Shown here: one piece after another, positions 18,606 to 27,784 of the stretch | How the letters are laid out: the number at the start of each line of letters is the position of its first letter | Position numbering within the stretch: position 1 is the first letter of the stretch | Assembly: GCA_051252515.1 (NCBI GenBank) | Contig: JBPOFS010000004.1 | Span: 228,880 to 292,879 of the forward strand | DNA: 64,000 nt | DNA from: Gammaproteobacteria bacterium | GTDB lineage: Bacteria; Pseudomonadota; Gammaproteobacteria; Pseudomonadales; Pseudohongiellaceae | Direction: 5' to 3' | Translations under genes and position numbers: made by a program | Notes under the pieces: generated by a model | Database searches by the model: none | What the model was told of the DNA's origin: nothing | The model's input: only the letters and a program-made list of their open reading frames with translations

Positions 18606-19439
18606 ATGAGCCATTTGCTACGCAAGGCAAGTCGTTTAGGCATTTTCACCCGTTTTAGCCTAGCCGCCACTCTCTTAAGCGCCTCTGTTTCAGTCATCTC
18701 TGCTGATGCCATCCCTCGAACGGCCGATGGCAAAGCTGACTTTAATGGTCTATGGCAAACCATTGGCAATCACCACTGGGGAATAGAACCTCACAATGCC
18801 CGAATAGGCCCAGATTCGCAGTGGGCCGCTATTGGTGCGACACCCGCCGGCACAGGAATCGTTGAGGGAGGACAAATCCCCTACACTCCTGAAGCACGGG
18901 CCCAGCAGCAAGACAATCAAACTAATTGGCTAACCCGCGACCCGGTAGTGAAGTGTTATATGCCAGGCGTTCCACGAGCCAACTACATGCCTTTCCCATT
19001 TCAAATTGTGCAATCTAACGAGCACATCGTAATGGCCTACGAATTCGCCAGCGCCAACCGCATTGTGTATATGGACCGTCCTGACTTTGAAGCCCCCATT
19101 CCCAGCTGGATGGGGCACTCTCTGGGACACTGGGAGGGCGACACACTAGTGATAGATGTCACGGAACAGATGCCAGATAGTTGGCTCGATCGTTCAGGAA
19201 ACCATCATAGTGAACAATTGAAAGTCACGGAGCGCTACACTTATTTAAGCCATGATGTCATCGAATATGAAGTCACATTAGATGACCCTAATGTGTATAC
19301 ACGCCCTTGGAAGATGACCTTGCCACTTTATCGAAGGCTAGACCAGCAGGCTCAACTTCTAGAGTTTAAGTGCGTGGAATTTTCTGAAGAATTACTCTAC
19401 GGACATGTAGTGAAAGGCGCTCAAGCGCAAGAGGAATAA
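18606..19439 (+). CDS. Secreted protein of unknown function (paralog A)
   Basis: 277 aa with a signal peptide. It shares conserved blocks with the next ORF (DGKADFNGLWQ / DGQPDLQGVWA; GHWEGDTLVID / GYFEGDSLYIE; RPWKMTL / SPWTAVI; EFKCVE / EYACHE). Confidence 0.7.
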   Translation: MSHLLRKASRLGIFTRFSLAATLLSASVSVISADAIPRTADGKADFNGLWQTIGNHHWGIEPHNARIGPDSQWAAIGATPAGTGIVEGGQIPYTPEARAQQQDNQTNWLTRDPVVKCYMPGVPRANYMPFPFQIVQSNEHIVMAYEFASANRIVYMDRPDFEAPIPSWMGHSLGHWEGDTLVIDVTEQMPDSWLDRSGNHHSEQLKVTERYTYLSHDVIEYEVTLDDPNVYTRPWKMTLPLYRRLDQQAQLLEFKCVEFSEELLYGHVVKGAQAQEE

Positions 19440-19470
19440 AAGGGTTTGCGGATATACTGACGAGGAAATA

Positions 19471-20487
19471 GTGATGAACATTCAACATCCGGCTAGGACA
19501 ACACTCCACTTAGTGGTGTTTGCAGCCATGCTAGCCTTAGCACCGAATCTCTTAGCACAGAACGCTTCCCACTATAGCGTCGAGCGCACTATCGATGGGC
19601 AACCGGATCTTCAAGGTGTATGGGCTAACAACAGCACCACCCCCCTGCAACGGCCCGAATTTTTCCAGGATCGCGCCACTCTCACCGAAGATGAGTACCA
19701 AAGACTTCTTGCTCGCGCCTCTGAAATCGAATCTGGTGGTGGCGACGCTTTGTTTGGCGATGGATTTCTTAATGCCGTCATAACCGGAGAAGTACAGTCC
19801 TATGACCCTTCCACTGGAAATTACGACCAAAGTTGGATGGCCAGTCGTAATATAGAGCGTCGAACGTCCTTGATAGTGGATCCACCTAATGGACGCTTAC
19901 CCGAAATGCGTCCCGAGGCTCGTGCGCGTATGGCACAGCAAGCTCAGGCCCGCCGTGATGGACCCTCGGACTCTTACACTTCCCGTCCGCTACAAGAGCG
20001 TTGCATCACTTATGGAATGCCCTATATGCTCGCCGGTTATAACAGTTATTATCAGGTCGTTCAAAGCGCCACCCATGTGGCCATTATCCAAGAAATGATT
20101 CATGATGTGCGGCTTATCCCATTAGACAATAGCCCCCATGCTGATGAAAATATCCGCTTATGGCACGGTGACTCTCGCGGATATTTTGAAGGCGATTCAC
20201 TCTATATTGAAACACGCAACTTTTCAGATGCTAGCGAGTTTATGGGGGCACACGGCAATCGTATTTTTAAAGAAAAGTTCACACGGACCTCTGATGATAT
20301 TTTGCGCTATGAGTTCATGATGGAAGACGATGAGACTTGGGTAAGCCCATGGACCGCCGTCATCCACTACACTCATAGCGAGGACCCTATTTATGAATAT
20401 GCGTGTCACGAGGGCAATTACGCTTTAGAAGGTATTTTATCTGGGGCACGCGCCGAAGAACGCATGGCCGCTGAACAATCACAGTAG
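19471..20487 (+). CDS. Secreted protein of unknown function (paralog B)
   Basis: 338 aa with a signal peptide. It is colinear with 18606-19439 and carries an extra ~60-aa insert near the N-terminus. Confidence 0.7.
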   Translation: MMNIQHPARTTLHLVVFAAMLALAPNLLAQNASHYSVERTIDGQPDLQGVWANNSTTPLQRPEFFQDRATLTEDEYQRLLARASEIESGGGDALFGDGFLNAVITGEVQSYDPSTGNYDQSWMASRNIERRTSLIVDPPNGRLPEMRPEARARMAQQAQARRDGPSDSYTSRPLQERCITYGMPYMLAGYNSYYQVVQSATHVAIIQEMIHDVRLIPLDNSPHADENIRLWHGDSRGYFEGDSLYIETRNFSDASEFMGAHGNRIFKEKFTRTSDDILRYEFMMEDDETWVSPWTAVIHYTHSEDPIYEYACHEGNYALEGILSGARAEERMAAEQSQ

Positions 20488-20643
20488 GACACAATTCGTA
20501 CCTTGATGGTGTTGCTAGAGTGATGACGAATAAGTATGGTTCCCCCAGTATCGCGAATACCGTAGAAGCCCAGCTGCTGTCATTTCTATCCACCAACGCC
20601 CGCTAGAGCGCGAGCGCAACAAACCTGTAAATAGAGACATAAT

Positions 20644-21243
20644 GTGAATTGGATAGAGATTTCATCAGCCGCCATGACGCTTTTTTTAGTGATGGATCCA
20701 TTAGGCAACGTCCCAATTTTTAACGCTGTCTTATCAAAACTTGATAAGAACCGGCGCTCACGAGTCGTGGCGCGCGAACTCCTCATTGCGCTGTTTATCC
20801 TGCTAGGGTTTCTTTTGGCCGGAAACACGATTCTCGCGTTCCTTGGACTTTCGCAATCTTCTCTGAACATCGCCGGAGGCGTATTGCTGTTTATCATTTC
20901 CCTAAGAATGATTTTCCCAAGCCATCACTCGGGTGACGAAGAAAAGATCGACGAAGAACCCTTTATCGTGCCTCTAGCCGTGCCTTTAACGGCAGGGCCC
21001 TCAACCATTGCGGTCCTATTACTCTTAAGCTCAAACCAACCCGAACGGTTACTGGATTGGGGGATCGCGCTCATTCTCGCCTGGCTCGGGGCCACGGTGA
21101 TTCTTTTGAGCTCCCCACAACTACTCAGTTTGATTGGCAATCGTGGCTCTCGGGCGCTAGAGCGCCTTATGGGGATGATTCTTGTACTGCTAGCGACGCA
21201 AATGTTGTTGAACGGTATTCGTGACTTTGTAGAAAGCCTCTAG
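20644..21243 (+). CDS. MarC-family (UPF0056) integral membrane protein
   Basis: 199 aa with a GTG start. The LVMDPLGNVPIF N-terminal motif is typical of MarC/YhgN proteins. It has six hydrophobic segments. Confidence 0.8.
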   Translation: MNWIEISSAAMTLFLVMDPLGNVPIFNAVLSKLDKNRRSRVVARELLIALFILLGFLLAGNTILAFLGLSQSSLNIAGGVLLFIISLRMIFPSHHSGDEEKIDEEPFIVPLAVPLTAGPSTIAVLLLLSSNQPERLLDWGIALILAWLGATVILLSSPQLLSLIGNRGSRALERLMGMILVLLATQMLLNGIRDFVESL

Positions 21244-21247
21244 GCAG

Positions 21248-21820
21248 GTGGGTGTTTTAATGAGTTCCGCCGCAATTTCGATGGATCACATCACGATCAC
21301 TGCACTTAAGCAGTCGCACCTGCCAGCGCTACTCGCCCATTTACAGCGCCACTTTGCAGAGTCAGGCGACAATGGCTTTCATTTCATGCCCTTCGCACCC
21401 GATGACCCCATCGGTCCCAATGGGGTCGGCATCGACAAAATCTCCCTCCCTATCGGCATGCCACAATGGCAACGTTGGTTTATAGCCATTGATTCACAAA
21501 CCGGAAACGTCTGCGGTCATGTAGACCTAAAAGCTGATGGTTTGCGCACCGCAGCGCATCGCTGTGCACTTGGCATAGGGATGGAGTCTGCTTATCGAGG
21601 CATTGGCTTAGGAAAGGCCCTGATGACTACTGCCATCGACTTTGTGCGCAATGAAGACTCAATTGAATGGCTAGACTTAATGGTGTTTGCTCATAACAAA
21701 AATGCTCAGGCCCTATACAAGTCCTGCGGCTTTACCGAGATTGGCACCGTGATCGACCGCTTCCGAATTGGTGAGCTTAAAATAGACGATGTGATGATGA
21801 CGCTTAGAGTGACGCAATAA
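21248..21820 (+). CDS. GNAT-family N-acetyltransferase
   Basis: 190 aa with the acetyl-CoA motif A (YRGIGLGKALM) and C-terminal NAQALYKSCGF. The exact start is uncertain (GTG 21248 or internal ATGs). Confidence 0.7.
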   Translation: MGVLMSSAAISMDHITITALKQSHLPALLAHLQRHFAESGDNGFHFMPFAPDDPIGPNGVGIDKISLPIGMPQWQRWFIAIDSQTGNVCGHVDLKADGLRTAAHRCALGIGMESAYRGIGLGKALMTTAIDFVRNEDSIEWLDLMVFAHNKNAQALYKSCGFTEIGTVIDRFRIGELKIDDVMMTLRVTQ

Positions 21821-21919
21821 TCCCGTCATTATCCTGAAATTCTAGAGGTCGATCACAGTTTTAGAAACGTTGCTGGGCAAAACTCTATAGCTCTCTTTTG
21901 ACGCGACCAGAGCACGGCT

Positions 21920-22237
21920 ATGCGCAGCTTAATGTTAGTCCTACTTTTATTCTTTGCCTTCATTAAAGGCTTATCGTCTTTAAGCACGCAACCGCCCCTA
22001 ACTCAGGAAAGCGCGATTGCACCTAGTGTATCTTTGTCCGAGACAATAACTCAAAACCCTGTTGTCAGAAGCATTATTCCAGAGCCGGTGAGTTCGCAGT
22101 TTGTTTGTGATGGGAGAGAGCATTGCTCGCAAATGACATCAAAAGCCGAGGCACAATTTTTTGTTCGCAACTGTCCTAACGTGAAAATGGATGGAGACAA
22201 TGATGGTGACGCCTGTGAAAACGACACTCGGTTCTAG
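21920..22237 (+). CDS. Excalibur calcium-binding domain protein (secreted)
   Basis: 105 aa with a signal peptide. The C-terminal segment C..M.S..EAQFF...CPNVKMDGDNDGDACEN matches the Excalibur DxDxDGxxCE signature. Confidence 0.7.
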   Translation: MRSLMLVLLLFFAFIKGLSSLSTQPPLTQESAIAPSVSLSETITQNPVVRSIIPEPVSSQFVCDGREHCSQMTSKAEAQFFVRNCPNVKMDGDNDGDACENDTRF

Positions 22238-22259
22238 GCAACGAGTGTCGATACGTTTT

Positions 22260-22481
22260 TTATCCTTCCGCGACTAGAGATACGTTAAGCGTTTCTCCTT
22301 GAAACACAATGACATCGCCACCCACGATTTTCCGGCGTTTACGAGTCTCTACTTCTCCATTGACCTGCACAGCCCCTTCACCAATCATCAACTTTGCAGA
22401 ACCACCGTTCTCGGCAAGCCCTTCAAACTTCAAAATTTTATAAAGCTCAACGGGTTCTTTGTTTATCTCTACTTCACGCAT
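22260..22481 (-). CDS. ybcJ: RNA-binding S4-domain protein YbcJ
   Basis: 73 aa. The ELYKILKFEGLAENGGSAKLMIGEGAVQVNGEVETRKRRKI pattern is typical of YbcJ. Confidence 0.8.
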   Translation of the reverse strand: MREVEINKEPVELYKILKFEGLAENGGSAKLMIGEGAVQVNGEVETRKRRKIVGGDVIVFQGETLNVSLVAEG

Positions 22482-22526
22482 ACATCGTATCCTTTAGGAT
22501 CCATTTCATTAATTCACGTCTTACAT

Positions 22527-23315
22527 TTATGTGAGCGGACTGTCATTGCTTAGATTACCTACCAAGGAAAACATAACGCCCTGAGGATCGACACCATTAA
22601 TAATATAATCGCCGCCAGGCACTTCCGATGGCCCATTCACTACTTTGCCACCTAACGCCTCGATTTTATCAACAGCACTATTGATATCAGTCACGCGGAA
22701 ATAGAATGACCAAAGCGGAGGCGATTGATCGTGAGATTGCATAATGCCCCCAAAACCCTGACCGTCACGCTCGATAAATCTGTAAACTCCCATTGGCCCC
22801 ATGTCCATCTCAAGGCCCATCGTCCAGTCAAACTGCGCGCTGTAAAACTCCATGGCGTTATCCATGTTTTTCGCGGCAAGCTCATTCCATCCGCAATGCC
22901 CCACTTTGTTAACGGCGAAGGCATCACTAATATCGTCTGTGGCCCCACGCATCACATAGAATGGGATGCCATCTGGGTCTAGCAACATTGCGAATCGTCC
23001 CACTTCGGGTATTTCAGTCGGGGGCATTAGCAATTTTCCGCCTGCGCTCAAGATTCTCTCAATGCTCGCGTCCACATCATCGACAGCAATATAGCCTACC
23101 CATATTGGCTTACCACCGGCCTCTACCGCCTCTGCTGGCAGCTCCATGATCCCACCGATGGGATAATCCCCCGCAAATGCTAAGCGGTAATCCATATCGG
23201 GCATCTCAGCATCCACGATCTCCCAACCCAAAATAGCCCGGTAGAATGCTTGTGCCCCTTTGACGTCTGAGGTCATTAACTCATACCAAATAAAATCCCC
23301 GTGCCTATTACGCAT
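22527..23315 (-). CDS. Two-domain VOC (glyoxalase/bleomycin-resistance) family protein
   Basis: It contains a duplicated VOC module (FIWYELMTSD...GGIMELP and CGWNELAAKN...GGIMQSH). I prefer the ATG at 23315, which has AGGAGG 10 nt upstream, over 23339. Confidence 0.8.
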   Translation of the reverse strand: MRNRHGDFIWYELMTSDVKGAQAFYRAILGWEIVDAEMPDMDYRLAFAGDYPIGGIMELPAEAVEAGGKPIWVGYIAVDDVDASIERILSAGGKLLMPPTEIPEVGRFAMLLDPDGIPFYVMRGATDDISDAFAVNKVGHCGWNELAAKNMDNAMEFYSAQFDWTMGLEMDMGPMGVYRFIERDGQGFGGIMQSHDQSPPLWSFYFRVTDINSAVDKIEALGGKVVNGPSEVPGGDYIINGVDPQGVMFSLVGNLSNDSPLT

Positions 23316-23518
23316 TCTAAAGTGCCTCCTGGTTTGCACTAAGCTACTTGTCTGGCGCCACTATAACGCGTCTGCCAAATATCCGACAACGCTGCTTTTG
23401 CGGGCACGTGAAGTTTTACAGTTTGTAATGTTTCCACCCTTTGCTGGAGCAAACTCCTATCGCAAGGTATATTAGCTGCCAAGCAGCATCTCTAATAATA
23501 ATAGGAATTGATCACAAA

Positions 23519-25525
23519 ATGCGTCAACAGATTCTCTCTACACTCTTGTTGGCGGCCTGTTTTGCGCTGTTCAGCTCAGTCTCCCTCGCACAAACCCCGT
23601 TTTCCACTGAAATAGAACCACATTGGCTAGAAGACGTCTTGCCCGATGCAGAGACTTTCTCAGAGAAAGAGCTAGGAGAAGCCCCGGTCTATCGCGGCTA
23701 TCGCAGCAATCCCGACACAGGTGAACAAGAGCAAGTAGGCTTTGTGTTCATGAATCGTGATTACCCTCCAATGCCCGTAGGCTATGCCGCTCCTATCGAT
23801 GTCCTTGTGGGCATGAGTATGGAGGGCATCGTTACAGACATAAAAGTCCTCGACTACTACGAATCCTATTTGTACTCTCGAGGCGACTTTATTGATAACA
23901 ACGCCTTCCTATCGCAGTTTCGCGAAAAGCCTATTACTGATGGATTTCGCATTCGCCGCGACATCGATGGATTGAGTGCAGCCTCTGCCACTAGCTTGGC
24001 TATCTCTCGCAGCGTTGGCGAAACAGCACGTCGTGTCGCGCGTGTTTATCTTGGCTTTGGCGAAGGCACTGAAGCAGAGCAGAACTCCAACGAAGCCGCC
24101 ATTCAACAACTAGAACAATACTCATGGAATAGCCTGATTGACCAAGGGATCGTTGTGCAATTGGAATCGATCAATGCCGAAGGTTTGCCCTTGACCTTAT
24201 CTTTTACTTACTTGGGGCGACCCGCCTTAGGAGAGTATTTAATTGGTCGCGATGCCTACAACACAACCGCTTCCGATGCCTCTTTTCGTGCAGAGGGTGA
24301 GTTGATGTTAATAGCGCCTAGCGGCCTTGGTGCTGGCGCAAGCTTTCGTCAATTCCCCATGTCAGTTAAACAAGGTGATCTTACTCGCTATGTGGCCGGC
24401 AATCGCTATAGCAGTGCAGGAGATGGAACGACAGGCGCGATAGCTGGCAACGCCGCTTATGGCGTCGCACTGACTATGCACCCAGATTTCGATATCACCC
24501 AGCCATTCACTCTGATTTACCATCCGCCAGGTTCAGACCAAGATGTGTCTGTTGATTACACTTTAGGCGGCGTTGGCCTAACGCTCGCACGCAATGAATT
24601 TGTGTTATCTGAAGAGGAGCTACTCGCTGCTCGTTTAGAAAATGCATCACTCCTAACTCGCTTGCGTCTCGATCCACCTTGGGGCGCCGTCCCCATGATT
24701 GACGTTGTGCTTCTATTCGCCCTGCTCGCACTCGTCATGACGGCATTCTTAACGAAGAAAGAATCATTGCGCTGGGCTGCATTAACAGCAACCCTCTTTT
24801 ATTTAGGGTTCTATAAAAACGGTTTCCTGTCAGTCTCACACATTACCAGTGTGATTAAGCTAGGACCTGAAGCACTCACCAGTAATTTGACCACGCTGAT
24901 CGTTGCGACGTTTACCATTATCACAACCTTAATATGGGGCCGAGTCTTCTGTTCCTCTCTCTGTCCTTTCGGTGCAGTACAGGATTTCATCGCACGCTTC
25001 TCTCCAAAGAAATGGCGCATCAAAGTCCCGCAGAAAGTTCACGATAATGCTTTGTATATTAAGTACGGAATTTTGGCGCTTATTCTGCTCACCGCAATGG
25101 TCAACGCCAACCTGAGCATCTTCCAATACTTCGAGCCTTTCGGCACATTATTCTTCTTCAGCCCATCTATTTTGTTGTGGGTAATTCTCATCGCAATCTT
25201 AGCAGCCTGCTTCGTGATCGAACGTTTCTATTGTCGCTATGTGTGCCCACTTGGGGCAGCACTTGGCATTGTGTCGATGGTAAGCCCCCTAAGAATCAAA
25301 CGCGTCCCACAGTGCACGATGTGCAAGGTGTGCGAACAAGCCTGTCCTACTGGTGCAATTCGTTCAGAGAAAATCGATTTCAAAGAATGCGTGCGCTGTG
25401 ATGTTTGTGAAGGAAAGTTGATCGAACTTGCAGGAACATGCAGACACTCGATGGATGAAATCGGTCGCCGTAAAGAGAAACAAGTCGTAAAAGTGATAGA
25501 TTTGGGGGCTGCCACACCCGCCTGA
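23519..25525 (+). CDS. NosR/NirI-like membrane flavo-iron-sulfur protein (periplasmic FMN_bind domain, polytopic CX3CP domain, C-terminal 2x[4Fe-4S] ferredoxin)
   Basis: The signal peptide starts at MRQQILSTLLLAAC. The FMN_bind-like block is DIDGLSAASATSLAISRS. Membrane CX3CP motifs are CSSLCPFG and CRYVCPLG. Ferredoxin motifs are CTMCKVCEQACP and CVRCDVCEGK. Confidence 0.65.
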   Translation: MRQQILSTLLLAACFALFSSVSLAQTPFSTEIEPHWLEDVLPDAETFSEKELGEAPVYRGYRSNPDTGEQEQVGFVFMNRDYPPMPVGYAAPIDVLVGMSMEGIVTDIKVLDYYESYLYSRGDFIDNNAFLSQFREKPITDGFRIRRDIDGLSAASATSLAISRSVGETARRVARVYLGFGEGTEAEQNSNEAAIQQLEQYSWNSLIDQGIVVQLESINAEGLPLTLSFTYLGRPALGEYLIGRDAYNTTASDASFRAEGELMLIAPSGLGAGASFRQFPMSVKQGDLTRYVAGNRYSSAGDGTTGAIAGNAAYGVALTMHPDFDITQPFTLIYHPPGSDQDVSVDYTLGGVGLTLARNEFVLSEEELLAARLENASLLTRLRLDPPWGAVPMIDVVLLFALLALVMTAFLTKKESLRWAALTATLFYLGFYKNGFLSVSHITSVIKLGPEALTSNLTTLIVATFTIITTLIWGRVFCSSLCPFGAVQDFIARFSPKKWRIKVPQKVHDNALYIKYGILALILLTAMVNANLSIFQYFEPFGTLFFFSPSILLWVILIAILAACFVIERFYCRYVCPLGAALGIVSMVSPLRIKRVPQCTMCKVCEQACPTGAIRSEKIDFKECVRCDVCEGKLIELAGTCRHSMDEIGRRKEKQVVKVIDLGAATPA

Positions 25526-25577
25526 GTACCGTAGTAGCTCCATTCCCCAACTACTGATAAGTTGCAAGGAGCCCAAT

Positions 25578-26939
25578 GTGAAACCATTACTCATTATCCA
25601 TGGCTGGAGTGACGAGGCGAGCTCCTTTGTCGGTCTTGCTAAGGCAATTGAAGGCGCAAGTTCTCGCGAGGTTTCTTCGTTATTTTTAGGCAACTATGTG
25701 TCTTTAGATGACGATGTCCAAATGATCGATTTGGTCAAAGCATTGGCGCGCGCTTGGGCCAAAGAAGGCTTACCCACCGACACCAAATCGATCGATGTCA
25801 TCATTCATTCCACCGGTGGACTCATCGTGCGGGATTGGATGTACAGCGAATATACCTGCAAAAATTTACGCCCCCCTATTAATAACCTCATCATGTTAGC
25901 CCCCGCCAATTTTGGCTCCCCCCTTGCCCACAAGGGGCGCGCAATCTACGGCCGCGTTATAAAAGGCTTTAATGCCAGCAAACGCTTTCAAACAGGCTCT
26001 CATATTCTTGCTGCTTTAGAGATGGGCAGCACGTATAGCTGGGACCTAGCGCAACGAGACCGCTTTGAAGATAATCCTATGAACGCCACGGGCGTACGCA
26101 CAACTGTGATCGTCGGCAATACGGGGTATAGCGGCATTAGCTCGCTCGCCAACGAATTGGGATCCGATGGCACTGTCTATGCGGCCACCGCCAATTTAAA
26201 TTGTGCGTCCATTGAGATTAGTTTTCCTGAAAAAGGAAGAAAACCAAAAGTCGGCACCATCCGCGAATCTAAAGGGGATACCGCCTATTTGGTGATGGAT
26301 GGTTTTGATCACTCTTCCATTGCTTATAAAGACTCTAAGCATAAAGACAATATGGTTTTATTAGGTTTCGTCCTCAAGGCCTTAGCTATTAAGAATACGC
26401 AAGATTTTAGACACTGGATAAAAGAGTGCGACTCTCATACGACAGCCATTTTGGCTCAGTATGAAGGCGCACAAGATGCACACAAGCACGGTTACCAAAA
26501 TACCGTATTTAGAGTTCGCGATGATCACGGCATTGATGTACACGACTATGTCATCGAGTTCTATAACGATGCCAGTACAGGCAATAACGATAAACTTGCC
26601 GAACTCGTCAATAAAAAGGCCGTTGTAAAGGTCCATGCCTTTAAAGGCAATGCATCATTTCGCAGTTTCATGATTGATTGTTCGGCGCTGTACCGCATCC
26701 TGAAGACCCAGGAGAAAACGCTAAATATCAGTCTTTCCGCTATGCCAGACCTCAATGATTCACGTAACCTAGTAGGGTATCGAAGCTTTGGAAACGACGA
26801 CATCAGTCAGGTGAGTTTGAGTGAGCAAGCCGCTCATAATTTTTTCCAACCCAATCGAACCTTGTTTGTAGATATAAGGCTAAGCCGCGAACAAAAAGAA
26901 GCACTATTCTGGATCAAAAACCTTGATGCAGTAGATTAA
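25578..26939 (+). CDS. Alpha/beta-hydrolase (lipase/esterase-like) with ~230-aa uncharacterised C-terminal extension
   Basis: 453 aa with a GTG start 6 nt after AAGGAG. It starts LLIIHGWSD, has the nucleophile elbow IIHSTGGL, and has no signal peptide. Confidence 0.65.
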   Translation: MKPLLIIHGWSDEASSFVGLAKAIEGASSREVSSLFLGNYVSLDDDVQMIDLVKALARAWAKEGLPTDTKSIDVIIHSTGGLIVRDWMYSEYTCKNLRPPINNLIMLAPANFGSPLAHKGRAIYGRVIKGFNASKRFQTGSHILAALEMGSTYSWDLAQRDRFEDNPMNATGVRTTVIVGNTGYSGISSLANELGSDGTVYAATANLNCASIEISFPEKGRKPKVGTIRESKGDTAYLVMDGFDHSSIAYKDSKHKDNMVLLGFVLKALAIKNTQDFRHWIKECDSHTTAILAQYEGAQDAHKHGYQNTVFRVRDDHGIDVHDYVIEFYNDASTGNNDKLAELVNKKAVVKVHAFKGNASFRSFMIDCSALYRILKTQEKTLNISLSAMPDLNDSRNLVGYRSFGNDDISQVSLSEQAAHNFFQPNRTLFVDIRLSREQKEALFWIKNLDAVD

Positions 26940-26966
26940 ACTAACGCTAAACATTAGGAGCAAAGA

Positions 26967-27557
26967 ATGAAGTCTTACATTAACAAAATAGGCCTTTCGC
27001 TATTAGGAGCACTCCTATCATTGAATGCCTATGCCGCTGAACCTGCGTGGAGCACTCTCATTGATGGCGCTTCAGGATTAGAAAATTTCACTATCGTGGG
27101 CGCTGCAAACTGGAGCGCAAGCAATGGCGCGCTACAAGCCACAGAAGGGCCTGGGACATCGTTTTTGGTCACGAAAAACTCTTATGCCAATTTTCAGTTA
27201 CATATTGAGTTCTGGGTTAGCGACGATGCCAATAGCGGTATCTATATGCGCTGTCAGGACACCTCTGGGATTACCGATCGCAACTGCTATGAAGCCAACA
27301 TTTACGATCAACGTGCAGATCTAAGCTTTGGCACTGGTGGAATTGTTCACGTCGGCCCCGTGTCTGAGCCCTTTCCCAAAGCGGGCGGCCAGTGGAACAC
27401 CTATGACATTACTCTCAGTGGCAGTACTCTTGCGGTGACGTTAAATGGCGAAGAAACTGTTAGGGTGTCTGATGAACAGTTCGCAGAAGGCCCAATCGCA
27501 CTACAGTGGGCCCGCGGAACAGTGCGCTTTCGCAATATGCGCATAATGCCTTTGTAA
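26967..27557 (+). CDS. DUF1080 (3-keto-disaccharide hydrolase-like, concanavalin-like) secreted protein
   Basis: 196 aa with a signal peptide. It has the typical DUF1080 layout: W..L..G..L..F...G...W....G.L, then NFQLHIEFWV..DANSGIYMR, and ends GPIALQ...VRFRNMRI. Confidence 0.72.
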   Translation: MKSYINKIGLSLLGALLSLNAYAAEPAWSTLIDGASGLENFTIVGAANWSASNGALQATEGPGTSFLVTKNSYANFQLHIEFWVSDDANSGIYMRCQDTSGITDRNCYEANIYDQRADLSFGTGGIVHVGPVSEPFPKAGGQWNTYDITLSGSTLAVTLNGEETVRVSDEQFAEGPIALQWARGTVRFRNMRIMPL

Positions 27558-27784
27558 ACAAACATTGGAGAGTTGAGGCGCAGACGATTGACGTATATCA
27601 AGTTAAGGTCAGTCTGCGCACGCTTCATTGCCCCTGCACACCAGCAAACAAACAACTTTTTCACTACTATTCAATAGCTTAAACAAACCCTCCTCGCTCC
27701 AATGCGACAATATGCCACAGGCCAGCCGCTCTTCTATCTTGGTAAACTGTTACCTTAAGTTACTACTTAGGTAAGGAAACAGAT

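Noticed and set aside
27558-27784. Possible riboswitch (for example cobalamin) or Fur box upstream of the TonB-dependent receptor
   Set aside because: There is no B12-box-like element and no Fur-like AT-rich hexamers. The only features are a GCGCAGAC/GTCTGCGC hairpin, probably a terminator for the DUF1080 gene, and a weak imperfect palindrome near the RBS.
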